A stretch of 64,000 nucleotides of DNA from Octopus sinensis (lineage: Eukaryota): NCBI RefSeq assembly GCF_006345805.1, contig NC_043021.1, positions 12,958,001-13,022,000 on the forward strand, in the 5' to 3' direction. A model generated the notes under the pieces. The model was not told the DNA's origin and searched no databases. It worked only from the letters and a program-made list of their open reading frames with translations. This document shows, piece after piece, positions 11,871 through 27,977 of this stretch. Made by a program: the position numbers and the translations under genes. Position 1 is the first letter of the stretch, and each line of letters opens with the position of its first letter.

Positions 11871-13521
11871 ACGGTAGTGCCATGCTGGGGCACCACCGTT
11901 TACATATAACCACTTTCTGTTTTTTTTTTTTTTTGCTTGATTAAGGATAACTAACCGAATACATACATACATAACAATTATAAAGCCCGCCAATTACATC
12001 GATCATTAATGAATTGACCAGAAACTATCGTACGCACTCCACGTATGTTTCATGTTTAGTACATCGTTGTAAATTTATCACTCATCACTCCCTTTACAAT
12101 ATTCATCCCGCAAACCATTATCAATATAATAATTAATCAACAAAGGACTTTGCCCATTTTATACGAAACCAAAGCTACGAATCAGCAACTAAAAGAGAAA
12201 CAGTTGCAAGATCCTCATACATGGTGAGCTTTCCCCGATATTTGTTAAGTGAAACAATGAAACTCTACCGGTATAGACGTTGCATTTAAAATTTTGGGAG
12301 TCGATTCAATATAGTTAAAATAATCGAATGTGTACGTAAATAAGGCAGAAGGAACCACATAGGAACGACAAGTTACCTTTACCTAATTTGCAAATAAATC
12401 ATTTTGCCTAAGTGACTGCTAAGCTTAATTAAACTGAGTTAATTATCGTTTTATGGTATATTTTATGGGCATAGAACAGCATACATTAGTATTTTTGTAA
12501 GCATTCAGTGATTCCACGCTTATAGTGTAAATAATACTTTATGAACCAATAAGGGAACCTGTGATTACGAAGACTAAATTACCGTTTTACACTATATTTT
12601 ATAAGCATTAAAACACAAAGGTTTAGAAGTTTTGCAGACCATAGGGAATTCTAGCACGCAGTTTCAATGTGGTCCTGTTTTGTAAAGAAGATCGTTGCTA
12701 CATATTCGATAATTTTATATCATTTAGCTAAGTTCTAAATCTAATCTGATCGTATTAGTTGTCCTAAAATTTGTAGAAATCGAGATTTATATCGCGCTAA
12801 AACCTTTAAATATCACGACGGATATAGAAATGCCTGTCGGTAATTAATGCTTTGAATACGTAACTGAGTTAAGTGTGTTTCTAAGAATAGGACAAAAGTG
12901 ATTTGGATTTCGAAATCATTGAACTGTATTATAGCAAAAAAAAAAAAAGATTTTCATCTTTGATTCAAATCAGTCGATCCATGATGATGCTGATTTGATA
13001 TTATTTCCCATCTTCAATACAAATCAATTACATGGGATGATAAAGCGCAATAATGTTTTATGACAAGAATGTAGAAGTTCCAGGTGATCTTTGATTATAG
13101 CGTACCACGTTCCTTCTCTCACACGAGTTTGTTGGTCTCAGGTAATTGGTGACCGTGAAAATTTTTTCAACGTAGATGTCGTGCTGATGGTGTGTTTACT
13201 CCCCCGTAACATTCACTGTTCCGTAAAAGAAGCTGATAGAATGAATACTAGACTTAAGAAATAAGTCCTTAAGGCGGTGCTCGTGCATGGCCCCAGCAAA
13301 ATGACTGAAACAAGTAAAAGAATAAAAGAATGTCCTGCCGTGGAGAAATATTACCTTGCATAGAAATAGGTGAGGGTTAGAACAGGAAAGACGTCCAGTC
13401 ATAGAAAATTTACCTCAACAAATTTTACCTATGCTAACATCGAAAAGTTGCTTTCCTCAACAAATTTTACCTATGCTAACACTGAAAAGTTGCTTTCATC
13501 ATTTTGGGGTCGATAAAATAA

Positions 13522-14160
<639 letters not shown>

Positions 14161-15779
14161 AAATAAAGTATTCTATACAAATATTCTTCCTTTTAACTTT
14201 TACATTTTCCTCACACTTCCTCCTTCATGCACTATGCCTACTTCACACTCCCCAATCCTGTCCTCTTGGCCCTGTGTCACTGTATTATTTCTATCCAGTG
14301 CCCCCCTTCCCACACTTCCACGCTATATATACTCAGGTTTTCACCACTCACCCCCTCCCCACTCTAGACACGCTTCTTTGGCAATATTTATATTTCCACT
14401 TAAAAATTATGACCTTTGAACCTCAAGGGTATGCCCTGGCACTTGCCACCATCTGTGTCTCTCTCTCTGCCTTTTCTCGACCATCCCATTTATATTCTGA
14501 TCCCTGTACCCTGTGAGTATGCCCAGCACTTTGCCACCATCTCACCCACTCTCTCTCTCCCCTTCTCCTGCACTTCCCTCTATGGATAACTATGTGTCTC
14601 CTTTGCACCAGCACACTTTTTTCTGCCTTCGTTCCTGATTTTTCTTTCTTTCTTTCCAGGTAACCTTGTACCTCCTCTACAGCAAGGCACCTGTTTCTGT
14701 CTACCTGTCTCACTATAACCTTTCATCATCTGACACAAGATCACCTCCTCCGATGCCCCCTCCTCTCTAAAAAGATTTTTGTCTTGCAGGTTACTTGGTG
14801 ACCCTGCCAGTGCAGGTGCCACTTAAAAAGCATCCAGTCCACACTGTAAAGTGGGTGGCATTTGGAAGGGCATCCAGCTATAAAAACCTTGCCAAAACTG
14901 ACCTCACCTGTGGTTGTGCCATGTAAAAAGCACTAAGTCCCCTCTGCTAGGTGGTTGGTGTTAAGAAGGGCATTCAACTGTAATAATCCTGCCAAAACAG
15001 TCTCAGAAGTCTGGTGCAGGTTTCTACCTGGCCAGCTCCTGTCAAAGCGTCTATGCCAGCAAGGAAGATGGATGTTAAATGATGGTGACAATGCTGATGA
15101 TGATGGTGATATATATACATATTCTTTTATTTGTTTCAGTCATTTGACTGCAGCCATGCTGGAGCACCACCTTTAGTCGAGCAAATCAACCCCAGGACTT
15201 ATTCTTTGGAAGCCTAGTACTTATTGTATCAGTCTCTTTTTGCCGAACAACTAAGTTATGGGGACGTAAACACACCACCATCGGTTGTCAAGCGATGTTG
15301 AGGGGGGTACAAATGCACACACACACACATACACATGCATATATACATACATATATATATATATACAACGAGCTTCTTTCAGTTTCTGTCTACCAAATCC
15401 ACTCACAAGGCTTTGGTCAGCCCAAGGCTATAGTAGAAGACACTAGCCCAAGGCACCATGTAGTGGAACTGAACCCGGAATCATGTGGTTGGTAAGCAAG
15501 CTACTTATATATATCGCACATGATTACATGATTAACCAGACTATCAGATGTTACACATCACTCGTTACAATCCACTTTTGCATTATTTTAGCCTTCAAAT
15601 GACATCATCCCACTGGCTTGGTGAGCAGGCCAACATTCCCCTCTGATTGAAGGGGGACGGGAGCAATGTGAAATGAAGTGTTTTGCTCAAAAATACAACA
15701 CACCACCTAGTCAGAGAACTGAACCCATGATCCTGCGATCATGAGTGCAACAGCCTAACCACTAGGCCATGCACCTTCA

Positions 15780-15841
<62 letters not shown>

Positions 15842-18707
15842 GTGTATGTGTGTGTGTGTGTGTGTATATTGATCATTCATTTTTATACTTTTTGAGATCT
15901 AGTTATATGTTTTATAAAAATATATTTTATTTGTTTTTTATGTTTTGGTTTATGTCTATCACTGTTTGAATTGCATAATAGTGGTTTTTATCTCTAATTT
16001 ATATTTTATATATATGTATATATTTATATATATATATACACAAAAACTAGATCCTGTCTAAACTAACTCTCTCCCTAATTAATCTCTCCCTATGTGACTT
16101 TCATCACCTAATCCAACAATTTATGTATGTGTGTGTTTACATACATACATACATATATATATATACATAGACACACACACACACTGACTATCAGAGAAGG
16201 ATGTAAAGCAATGGTGACGAAATAAAATAAATTGGTGCTCAGCGAATCAAGTTCTCCAGGATGATTATTCTGTACCAAGTCACAGACACTCCTTTCCAAT
16301 TATTTCAGCAGACAAGCAGAAAATCCATACATTTGCCACTATATCCGTTTGTGATTATGATTTTAAGTGGTAGATTTTATCCCTGTCTCTGTTTTTATAC
16401 CATTACCTGACAACTTGGAGTCCATCCAGGCATCTTTTCAGTTTTCAGAATTAGCAAGAGAATGTTCAGCTGTGTAGAAATTGCTTTTGAAAATCAGATC
16501 TGGTTTTTTGAAACCGCAAACATACTCACTGAGTCATAAGCATTCAGGACAGGTCTCTAGTTTCAGGATATCTTTTGCCCTGTATAAGAATTATATATCA
16601 TCATCATCATCATCATCGTTTAGCGTACGCTTTCCATGCTAGCATGGGTTGGACGGTTCAACTGGGGTCTGTGAAGCCAGAAGGCTGCATCAGGCCCAGT
16701 CTGATCTGGCAGTATTTCTACAGCTGGATGCCCTTCCTAACGCCAACCACTCCGTGAGTGTAGTGGGTGCTTTTTACGTGCCATCCGCACAGGTGCCAGA
16801 GGGAGCTGGCAAACGGCCACGGACGGATGGTGCTTTTTATGTGCCACCGGCACGGGGGCCAGGCGAGGCTGGCAACGGCCACGAATGGATGGTGCTTTTT
16901 ACGTGCCACCGATGAAGATGAGAATGTGTGTCTGCCTGTCTGTCTGTGATCACCAAACCCCCAGAAACAGCTAAATGACGGGGATGTAAACACACCAGCA
17001 TCAGTTGTCAAGCGATATATAAATATGTGTGTGTATATATATATATATATATGACAAGCCTCTTTCAGTTTCCGTCTACCAAATCCACTCACAAGGTTTT
17101 GGTCAGCCCGAGGCTATTGTAGAAGACACTTGCCCAAGGTGCCACGCAGTGGGACTGAACCTGGAATCATGTGGCTGGTAAGCAAGCTACTTACCGCACA
17201 GCCTCTCCTTGCACCCTTAACAAATAAATAATAGTTTGAAATTTTGGTACAGGGCCAGCAATTTTAGGTGAAGGAGTAAGTTGATATCATCAAACCCCAG
17301 TGCTCAACTGGTACTTATTTTATCAACCCCCCAAAAGATGTGAGGCACGGTGGACCTTGGTAGAATTTGAACTCAGAACATAAATCCAGATGAGATGCTG
17401 CTAAGCATGGTTATGATTCTGTCAGCTTCTTTAAGAAAGGAAGAAATAATAATTGCACAAATTACTGGATTGTGCATGCTGCTGAGTAAAATTGCAGTCA
17501 TTCATACATTCAGGCATGTCCTTTGCAGGCGCTGGTGCCAACTAAAATGCACTTGCACCGGTGCCATATAGAATGCACTTGTGCTGGTTCTGCATCAATG
17601 CACTTGTGCTGATGCTGCGTAAGTGCCCCCAAAGGGCTCAGCACATTCTGTTAAGTGGCTGGTGTAGGAACCATATCAAAACAGACAACAGGAGTCTGGA
17701 CACCTCCCTGGCTGACCAGTTCCTGTCAAAATGTCCAACCCATGCCAGCATGGAAAACGGACAGTAAACGACGATGACGACTTCCAGGAATACTGTTTTT
17801 CTTTTATCAATCACGAGAGGATGAAAGGTGAAAATCAATTACCACCAGGTATGAAAGTGCACTTACATACAAGGAACAGATTGCAAAACTCATTTGAGAA
17901 CAGAACCATCTCATCAAGAATTAACTCTTTCTCTCTTTCCACTTTCATATCTTTCCCTTGTTTCATTAATTAGACTGTGGCCATGCTGGGACACTGCCTT
18001 CAAGACTTTTTGTCGAATGAATCAATCTAGTATTTATTCTTTTCTAAGCCTGGTACTTGGTCCATCGGTGTCTTTTGCTGAACTGTTATATCATGAGGAT
18101 GTAAATGCACCAACATCGGTTCTCAAGGGACAAATACATATCTATATCTATCTTTCTATACATACACACACACACACTATAGTCTTCTTTCAGTTTCCAT
18201 ATACAAGTTTTTGGTCGGCCTCAAGCTTATAATAGAAAACATTTGCCCAAGGTGCTTGAAAACCCATGTGGTTGAAAAGCAAACGTCTTATCACACAGCC
18301 ATGCCTGCACCTATATACATATGAAAAATATTCAAGCAAAAATATGAAGTTTTAAGGTTTGTACCTTAAAAATGTTTTCAAGTTATAAAAAAGAACAACA
18401 GAACACTTTAATTTTAATTTGACTCATTAGCATTCAGATCACTCAGTCAAATGTAATATTTTTTATATTCACATTGTTTTGAATTAATCATGAATTATCT
18501 TGTAGCTTCAAGATTTTGCTGATGTGGCAGCATATTTCTAGAATGACATAGTTGGGGAGGTGTGAAAGTCAGATCAGGTTAGTTTTGATATAAAACAGGT
18601 AGACTAATTGAACGTGATATGACTAGTTTAAATTTTCGGATATGAGATAAAGCTGATTATGTCGACGAAATGCTAAAGGTTTAAACCATTAAAACAATTC
18701 TCTAGAT

Positions 18708-18908
18708 CAGTGGTTTTCAACCAGGGTTCCGCCAGTACTGTCCAGGGGTTCCACAAGAAGTTATAAAACTGCTAAAATTGGCAGTAATTTTTAATTCTCC
18801 TGTGCAGATATGTGTGCATAAGACTATTAAATTATTGCACAGGGGTTCCTCAAGCCAGTGGAATGTTTCCTTGGGGTTCCGCTCCAGCAAAAAGTTTGAA
18901 AAGCACTG
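18708..18908. mobile_element. hAT (Charlie-like) MITE with a perfect 8-bp target-site duplication
   Basis: Termini CAGTGGTTTTCAAC...GTTTGAAAAGCACTG are flanked on both sides by CTCTAGAT, which fits the NTCTAGAN target preference of Charlie elements. Confidence 0.88.
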
Positions 18909-19806
18909 CTCTAGATAAATATTTATTTCAAATTTTGGTACAAGGCCAACAATTTCGGAGGAGTGGGTTAGTCGATTACACTGACACCAGTACTAAACTG
19001 GTACTTATTTTATCGACCTCGAAAGGGTGAAAGGCGAAGCAGACCGCAGCGGGATTTGAACTTAGACCATAAAAACAGGCGAAATGCCCCTAAGCATTTT
19101 TTTTCGACGCACTAACGATTCCGCCAACTCGCCGCCTTAATTCTGTAGATAAATACTGATTTCAAATTTTGGCCCAAGGCCAGCAATTTCGAGGGAATAA
19201 GTAAGTCGATTGCATCGACTCCGAAAGGACGAAAGCCCGGCTTCGGCGGAATTTGAACTCAGAATGTAAAGCTCGACGAAATGCCGCTAAGTAGTTTGTC
19301 CGGTGCGGTAACGATGTTGCAAGTTAAAAGCGGCGAGCTGGCAGAAACGTTAGCACGCCGGGCGAAATGCTTTGCCGTATTTCGTCTGCCGTTACGTTTT
19401 GAGTTCAAATTCCGCCGTGGTCGACTTTGCCTTTAATCCTTTCGGGGTCGATAAATTAAGTACCAGTTACGCAATGGAATCGATGTAATCGACTTAATCC
19501 CTTTGTCTGTCCTTGCTTGTCCTTTCTGTGTTTAGCCCCTTGTGGGTAGTAAAGAAATAGGTAACGATGTTGCAAGCTCGCAGCCTTAATTCTGTAAATG
19601 AATATTAAAATTGTTTTTATCTGCAGAATTGTTTGCGAGTCTATAAGGATCTTTCAGTGGAGAAAGAAAGAAAGAAAGAAATAAGGAAAATAGATAAAAA
19701 AAAAAAGAAAGAAAAAGAGGTAAAATGTGAAAGACAAAAGAGCGTATTGAGTGTAACTCTCCGGGAATTGGCGAAAGGAAACAAGAACGGCGGCGCTACC
19801 GCACAG

Positions 19807-19832
19807 TGACGTCACAGATTTGTGTATGACGT
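19807..19832. promoter_or_regulatory. CRE palindrome plus half-site in the putative promoter of the zinc-finger gene
   Basis: TGACGTCA at 19807-19814 and TGACGT at 19827-19832, in a CpG-containing stretch about 140 bp upstream of the candidate ATG. Confidence 0.5.
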
Positions 19833-19951
19833 GAAACACAACGGACATCTGAAACTAAAACAACGAAAAGCTAAACTCTCTCATTTGACCTAAACAAACA
19901 CACTAACCACTCCGATGTATGCCGCCCAGACCAAACTTCCAAGCACATAAA

Positions 19952-19966
19952 ATGAATGCCTTTGTG
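19952..19966 (+). CDS. Candidate first coding exon (MNAFV) of the unnamed zinc-finger/coiled-coil gene
   Basis: AAAATG context followed by the strong donor GTG|GTGAGT. Phase 0 matches the exon at 27978. Confidence 0.55.
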
Positions 19967-22900
19967 GTGAGTTGCCCTAGACGACCTTAAAGGGTTTCGC
20001 TTTCCAAGCCCGGTTAAATGTCCTGTGATATATATCTGCTTTTTCTTCTCAACTCTTCTTGTACGGTGCAGTCGGTTGACGAATGTGACAAATTCTTTGG
20101 TACGTTTTGAAAAAAAAAAAAAAAATCCATGACATTTATTTAGTCAACATGTGACAGACTAACAGATATATCGGTCTGTTTGACGATCTGTAGAACTATT
20201 TTTTTTTTTTAATCGCTGATCTGTCTTTCTCTGAATAACAGAGAACATCGTGAACAAATTTTTATAAAAAGTTAAAACAATTATAGTGAAATAGATAACA
20301 CCGAGAGACGAGAGACGAGTCGAGACAAGAATGCAGTGATATTTCGTTGTTTCGACGGTATCTAGACAATAATAGCCGTAAATATTTCCCTGCTTAAAAA
20401 TATTCCCCTCATCAATTAAATGGTTTGGGGTCTTAAAAATTCTATCTTTTCTTTCCCAGTTCTATTAACGTGATAATATATATATATATATGTATATAAA
20501 ATAAGCATTGTTCTCTAAAAGTATGGCTATTTTAATAAATGTATGCGAACACTATCAGTAATGTAGATTTTTACCTTGTGTTAGAATTCGCTGATGGTAT
20601 CGGGCTTTTCGTGTTTGTGTGTTTTCTTATTGGCTTGCTATTTTAGTTTCTATCCTAATCTACACGGAACGGATGAGCTAACTAGAAAGGCTTCTGTTTT
20701 TCTTTCGATCTGCTAGAAATAGCAGCCAACTCTCCCTTATATCACAACCTTGTTTGAAGAAAAAAAAAAAGGCGGCTTTCGATTATGAATCTAAAATAAT
20801 AAATAGGTAAATAAAATTAAACAACGGTAGGTCGAAACATGAATGCTTTTGGTCATGCGTGTGTACGATCAGGTTTGACCCGGGACAAAACGTCACAAAC
20901 TCGAAATGGAAGTTTTTGTTAGTCGCCCAATAACAGTACTTGTTATGTTATTTTATTCCCGTGGACAAAACGCTTTCAGAGAACACTAGGTTTTAAACCA
21001 GAGGGTAACACAAGTCATAAATATGTATTTAAAGCTGGGTGAGTCGGTCGGATCTTTAAAAATAATCTCTTGATAATCGTTCAGTTGCGAACTTCTGTTA
21101 ATAACTAACAAACAGCAATGTTGATAATGGTATAAACGTCTTCCTCTTCTTGAGGTAGTCAACAATCTGCTTGGTTAATTTATTATTAGTCAGTTGGTTA
21201 GTGGCCGAGCCAGGTTGCGTCTTGACAAGCCATGAACTTGCTGTTTAATTATTAGTTTTGAAGCCAAGTTTAAAGAAGTCTTGAGTAATCTGCTATAAAC
21301 AGAAAGAAGAAGAAGAAAAATCTTAAACGAAAGAGAGATAGGGAAGAAGAAATTCCCTTCCTCCGTGTTTTAACATTTCGATGCTTTATTATTACTTCGT
21401 CCGACTTCACGTTTCGAGTTCTAATTCCGTCGAGGCCGCCTTGGTCCTTCATCGTTTCCGGGTCGATAAAATAAGTACCAGTTGAGTATTGGGGGGTCAC
21501 TGTAATCAATTTATCCCCCCCCCCCTCGAAATTGCTTATTATTATTATTAAGGCGGCGAGCTGGCAGAATTGTTAGCACGCCGGGCAAAATACTTAGCGG
21601 CATTTCGTCTCTTGTTACGTTCTGGGTTCAAATTATGTATGATTTCACCTTTCATCCTTTTGGACTCGATAAAATAAGTACCAGTTGAGAACTGGGGATC
21701 AATGTAATCAATTTACCCACTCTGTTAGCATGCTGCACAAAGTGCTCAGAAGTATTTTTGTCTGTCTTTATGTTCTGATTTCAAATTCCACTGAGGTTGA
21801 TTCTGCATTTCATCCTTTCAAAACCAATAAAATAAGTACCAGTCAAGTACTGGAGTCGATGAAACTGATGAGACCCCCACCCACACACACAAAATTTCAG
21901 GCCTTGTGCCTATAGTAGAGAGAATTCTTCTTCTTATAGCAGTGAACTGGTAGAATCATCAACATACCAGGCAAAATGCTTAGCAGCATTTTGTCTGTCT
22001 TTACATTCAGAGTTCAAACTCCACTGAAGTTGACTTTGCCTTTCATCCTTTCAGGGTCAATAAAATAAATACCAGTTGAGCACTGGGGTCGATGTAATCA
22101 ACTTATCCCCTTCTCTGAAATTGCTGGCCTTGTGCCAAAATTTGAAGCCATTATTATTATTATTAAAAACATCTGTTCTGTATTATGTAACATTATGCTT
22201 ATAAATAAACTTGCTACGCTATTGTTTTAGATAATAATATTGTGTGTGTGATGACTATAAAGAAAGGAAGTGGTGCTCTTAAAAAAGGTTTGTCTAGCAC
22301 TTAAAACACACAAAAGGAATGATTTCATTGACAAGAAAATAAAATATAAAAAAATCTAAGAAAAATAAAAACTGATATGATTAATCATAAACCTAGATGA
22401 TGATGATTAAAAAATGACAATCCCTTTTACTATAGATAGGCCAAAGGCCTGAAATTTTGGGGAAGCGGTCTGGTCAATTACATTGACTCTAATGTGTAAC
22501 TGGTTCTTATTTTATTGACCCCTGTAAGGATGTAAGGCAAAGTCGTAGGGGTTGAACCGGTGAAAGATAAAAAAGCCAATAATTATAACAATGATTTGTG
22601 AAGATGTTTGGTAAAGAATAAAATCTCCATAATCAACCAATTTAATTAACTGTGACACACTGTATTCCTGCTATAGCGGGAAAAGGTTAAATATCATCTC
22701 TGCTGGATTCCTGGTAAAGCAGTATTGAGCCACACACATATAAAAGGAAGATGTGGCTGATTCTGTCCACTAGGATGCCTGCAGGCATCACCCTTGAGCT
22801 GTATTTTTCTTTTTATTCTTTTATTGGTTTGAGTCATTTGACTGCGGCCATGCTGGAGCACCGCATTTAGTTGAGCAAATCAACGCCAGGACTTATTCTT

Positions 22901-25849
22901 TGTAAGCCTAGTACTTATTCCATCAGTCTCTTTTGCCGAACCGTTAAGTTACGGGGACGTAAACACACTGACATCAGTGGGAGACAAACACAGACACACA
23001 AACATACACACACACATACAACGGGCTTCTTTCAGTTTCCGTTTACCAAGTCCACTCACAAGGCTTTGGTCGGCCCGAAGACACTTGCCCAAGGTGCCAC
23101 GCAGTGGGACTGAGGTGGGAGACAAACACATACACACACATATGATGGGCTTCTTTCAGTTTCCGTCTACCAAGTCCACTCACAAGGCTTTGGTCGGCCT
23201 GAAGACACTTGCCCAAGGTGCCACGCAGTGGGACTGAACCCAGAACCATGTAGTTGGGAAGCAATCTTCTTACCACACAGCCCCACTTATGCAGCTGTTT
23301 ATTTTTTTGCTCAGGGGTCCAGGTCTGTGAGGGTTAATATTGGTTTCAAATTTTGGCACAAGGCCAGCAATTTGGGGTGGGTGGGACTAAGTTGATTACA
23401 TCGATCCCAATGCTAAGCTAGTACCTATTTTATTGACACTGAAAGGCTAAGTCAACCTTAGTGGAATTTGAACTCAGAACATAAAGAAGGACGAAATGCT
23501 GCTAAGCATTTTGTCCAGTATGCTAATGGTTCTGCCAGCTCACTGCCTTTGACTAGGTTAATACTGACTTAGTATAGACTCAACCTCAGATCACTTCTAA
23601 TTTTTCCTAACAGTATTAAAAAACCCTTCAAGACTGCCCCACCACGACTGCAATCCAATGACTGTAACCGGTAAAAGATAAACGAGACAATAGTTACAAC
23701 AATTAATGATTTGTGGAGATGTTTGGTGAAGAGCAAACACTCTGTAATCAACCCAATTTAAACCACCCCCTAAAAAAGCAAAAAAAAAAAACGTTTGCCC
23801 CACAATCAATATAGAATTCATTTACATTCATCCACATCCTGAGGAAGAGTCTTCTTTCATAATCCCATGTTGACACCCGTCTCCCCCACCTCTGCAAGTG
23901 TTCTTTTACCTTCTTTTCTTCGTTTCAGTTAATGGACTGTGGTCATGCTGGAGCACTGCCTTGAAGGGTTTTTAGTTGAACAGATCGATCCCAAAACTTA
24001 TTCTTTTAGTCTGGTACTTATTCTGTTTGTCACTTTTGCCAGCAGATGATGTGTCGACAGGAGAAATGGCAACATCACTGCTTGTGACTCGGTGATTTTC
24101 AGAGAAGTGCATATGTAAACACGTACATGCAAGTACATGCACACTCACACATCATCGTCATCATCATTGTTTGTCTGCTTTCGTTAGAGTTAATATCATT
24201 TTCTTCCCATAATGTTCTTTTTAGGATTAGCTGAGGTGTAGCTGTGTGGTAAGAAGCTTGCTTCCCAACCACATGTTTCCAGGTTCAGTCTCACAGCGTG
24301 GCACCTTGGGCAAGTGTCTTCTAGCCTTGGGCCGACCAAAGCCTTGTGAGTGGATGTGGTAGATGGAAACTGAAGGAAGCCTGTCGTGTGTGTATGTGTG
24401 TGTCCCCGTGACTTAGCAGTTCTGCAAAATCATCTCAATACATCCTTAGAATGAGATAATCACCTACCATTTTGGCATGAGTTGAATGGTTTGACAGGAC
24501 CCTGGTTGAATGGTTTGACGGGACCGAGTTGAATGGTTTGGCAGGCAGAGGTTTGTCTGGATCCAGTATCTGCTTTGGCTTGTTTTCTATGTTTGGATGC
24601 TCTTCCTAATGCCAACCACTACAAAAATGTATTGAGTGCTTTGTTTATGAGACCAGCGCTTGAGACGTCACCATGCAGACTCACAACATATGACTCTTAG
24701 AAAGATGGCTTTATGTTGGGTGTTGGGTGGCTGATTTATGATAAGGAGAAAGAAACAGATGTGTTGCTATAGAGGGAATATATGGCATGTCCCCAGCTGG
24801 CGAGAGATGATGATGATGTTGATGAAGCGTCAAAGTGTACCCTTGAGGTAAAAGAGATGAATAGAGACGAAAAGAGAGAGAATAGGGGACAGAAGATGGG
24901 AAACAGTCGTAAGGAGAGCGACAGATAGTTAGAGATGTGGATGGTGAACACAAGTGGAGGTGTGTTTAATGGTGAACATCAGTTGGGGTGGGGGAGTGGG
25001 GCAGGTGACGGAAATGGGAGTGGCTGAGAGAGGAGGAGGTGGTAGGTGGATGACTACAAAAAAAAAGATGGTTGATTGAGAGTGCAAACAAACAGAATTT
25101 ACAGAGGATGTCATCATCATCGTTTAATGTCCGTTTTCCATGCTAGCATGGGTTGGATGGTTCAACCGGGGTCTGGGAAGCCAGGAGGCTGCACCAGGCT
25201 CCAATCTGGTCTGGCAGTGTCTCTACAGCTGGATGCTCTTCCTAATGCCAACCACTCCGTGAGTATAGTGGGTGCTTTTTACATGCTACCGGCACAGGGG
25301 CCAGAGGAGGCTGGCAAACGGCCACGATCGGTTGGTGCTTTTATGTGTCACTGATATGGATGCCAGTCAGGTGGCACTGGCATCTGCCATGTTCGGACGG
25401 TGCTTTTTATGTGTCACCGGCGCAGGTATCTTAACTACAATTTCCGAGACAAAATGTGTGATGAATGAAGGTAGAGGTGGTGGTGTTGGGGAGCATTGAA
25501 TGTTTAGTGGGGAAAGGGCATTCAGTGGAAAATGAGATTAAGGATGATATTGGGAATACAGGTGGTGGTGGGGGTGACAAAAAGGAAAAGGCTCCAAGTA
25601 GAGGAATAACTGGTTGCATAAAAGGAGTGTGAAATATGTGCAGTTCTACTTTCATTGAGTCGCCTTTTTTTGTTCCATTTGGATTTCCTGACACATCTCT
25701 GCTCATTTGTTATATATATTTATATTTTTGTTTGTCTTTCCAAGAACTTCTGAACTTCAAAGGTTCGAAATTTGTATGGTATAAACCTTTAGCTACTAGG
25801 ATTTAACTGTTGAAGATCAATACATGTTAACAGTAATTTTACTAGAAAT

Positions 25850-25984
25850 ATATTGTGTATGTATGTATGTATATATATATATGTAATGTATATATTGTGT
25901 GTGTGTGTATATATATATATGTATATATTGTGTGTGTATATATATATATGTATATATTGTGTGTGTATATATATATGTATATAT

Positions 25985-26029
<45 letters not shown>

Positions 26030-26300
26030 TGTGTGTGTATATATATATATTGTGTGTATATGTATATATATATATAATGCATATATTGTGTATATATATA
26101 ATGCATATATTGTGTATATATATATACATATATATATATTGTGTGTGTGTATATATATAATATATATATATATATATTGTGTGTGTGTATATATATATAT
26201 ATAATGTATATATTGTGTGTGTATATATATATATATAATATATGTATGTATATATTGTATATATATATATTTTATATGTTTTTATATATATATAAATAAA
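25850..26300. repeat. Complex TA/TG microsatellite
   Basis: Direct reading of the sequence. Confidence 0.97.
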
Positions 26301-26805
26301 ATATTTATACTGTGTATCTATGCTTCCAGGGGCACCTTCCTTCAACCAATATAATGACACAAATTCCCAAGAATAACAACATCAAGGTTTGTTTAATTAT
26401 GATTTATTGATTGATTTGTTATTGTTTTGTCTGTTTGTCTATCTATCTATTTTTTAATTAAATATCTGCCTTATTTTCAAAACAACCTTCTTGACACCTA
26501 TTTCTGTCTGCTCCTCCCATCATACTCTAAGTTACTCCTCACCTGGCACAAAGCCACCTCCCTCAGTTCTACTCCACTCAGTTGAGTGAGAGGATCAAGT
26601 GGGACTTGACATGCAATTTACACGGTGATCTCTTTAGTGCTGTTGCCCCAGAAAAAACACCCAGTATATTCTGCATAGTAGTGGGCATCCAGCCCTATGA
26701 ACCCTGCCAAAATAGACATTGGAGTTTGGGTGCAGCCTTTTGACTTTTCATCTCCAGTTGAACCATCTGGCCTATACAAGCATGGAGAATAGCTGTTAGA
26801 TGACC

Positions 26806-27032
26806 ATTTAAAAACACACAAAAACCATTAGATTCACTTCAACATTTAAATTTAATTTGTGTCAAAATATTTTCGCCGCCTTGGAACCACGACTTGTTCA
26901 CTGACAAAATTTCATGACGCTGCACGAAATTTTATCAGTGAACAGGTCACAGTTTCAAAGTGACAAAAATATTTTGACACAAATAAAATTTAAATGTTGA
27001 AGTGAATCTAATGGTTTTTGTGTTTTTAAATG
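26806..27032. mobile_element. ~225-bp foldback (palindromic) MITE-like element; a half copy lies at 59812-59915
   Basis: The left arm aaaaaccattagattcacttcaacatttaaattt...gtgtcaaaatattt is the reverse complement of the right arm. Confidence 0.8.
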
Positions 27033-27544
27033 ATTTATAAACACCTTCCATGCTGCAATTGTTTTTGTTTCATCACACAATCACAGATCAAACTACTTGC
27101 TATGCAAGTACATTTCTGTAATTATTATTATTTTTGTTATTATTGAGGTGGCTTGCTGGCAGAACTGTTAGCATGACAAGCAAAATTTTTAGCAGCATTT
27201 TGTCCAGCTTTATGTTCTGAGTTCAAATTCCATCAAGGTCAGCTTTGCCTTTCATCCTTTCAGGGTTGATCAAATAAGTACCAGTTAAGTATTGTGGTTG
27301 ATGTAATTGACTTTGTTTCCCTGGTAGAAAGCATTATTATTATTATTATTATTGCTTTTGACCAACTTTGCCTTTTATTATTTCGCGGTCAGTAAATTCA
27401 GTACCAGCGAAACACTGGGGTTGATGTTATCGACTATCCTCCTCTCCCAAAATTACAGGTCCTGTGCCTATTAGTAGAAAGGATCATCATCATCATCATC
27501 ATCACCAACATCAACATCGTCACCAAAATCATCATTATCAAGCA

Positions 27545-27945
27545 TTTGTCTTATGAAGAAAGGATGAAGACGCTCGACCTTTATTCTCTAGAAAAACGAC
27601 GACGCTGTGGTGATCTCATTCTTGCTCACAACATCATAAGCGGAAAGTGTAACCTCTCGAAAGAGCTGTTCTCCACTCCTGCTCCAGAACATGGGCTGCG
27701 GGGTCACTCCGAAAAGCTCTATCTGCGACGATTTCATCTCAATCGAAGGAGAGGGGCTTTCTCCGTCCGGGTTGCGGATCCGTGGAATAAGCTGCCGGCG
27801 ACCGCTCAGTTCAAAGTCTCTCTTGACCAGAAATGGCCTGAACTCTTTGCATGAACATCCTCCCTGTACATAACTCTATGTCCCCCTACATGGCCTTGCT
27901 TTTTGCTTTTTGAGCCAAAAAATTAACTTAACTTAACTTAACTTA
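27545..27945 (+). mobile_element. 3' fragment of a CR1-like LINE with a (TTAAC)n tail
   Basis: LSYEERMKTLDLYSLEKRRRCGDLI...GLRGHSEKL...FSVRVADPWNKLP is the typical CR1 ORF2 C-terminus, followed by a short tandem-repeat tail. Confidence 0.85.
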
Positions 27946-27977
27946 TCTCTTTTTTTTTCTTTCTTTTTTCATTTCAG

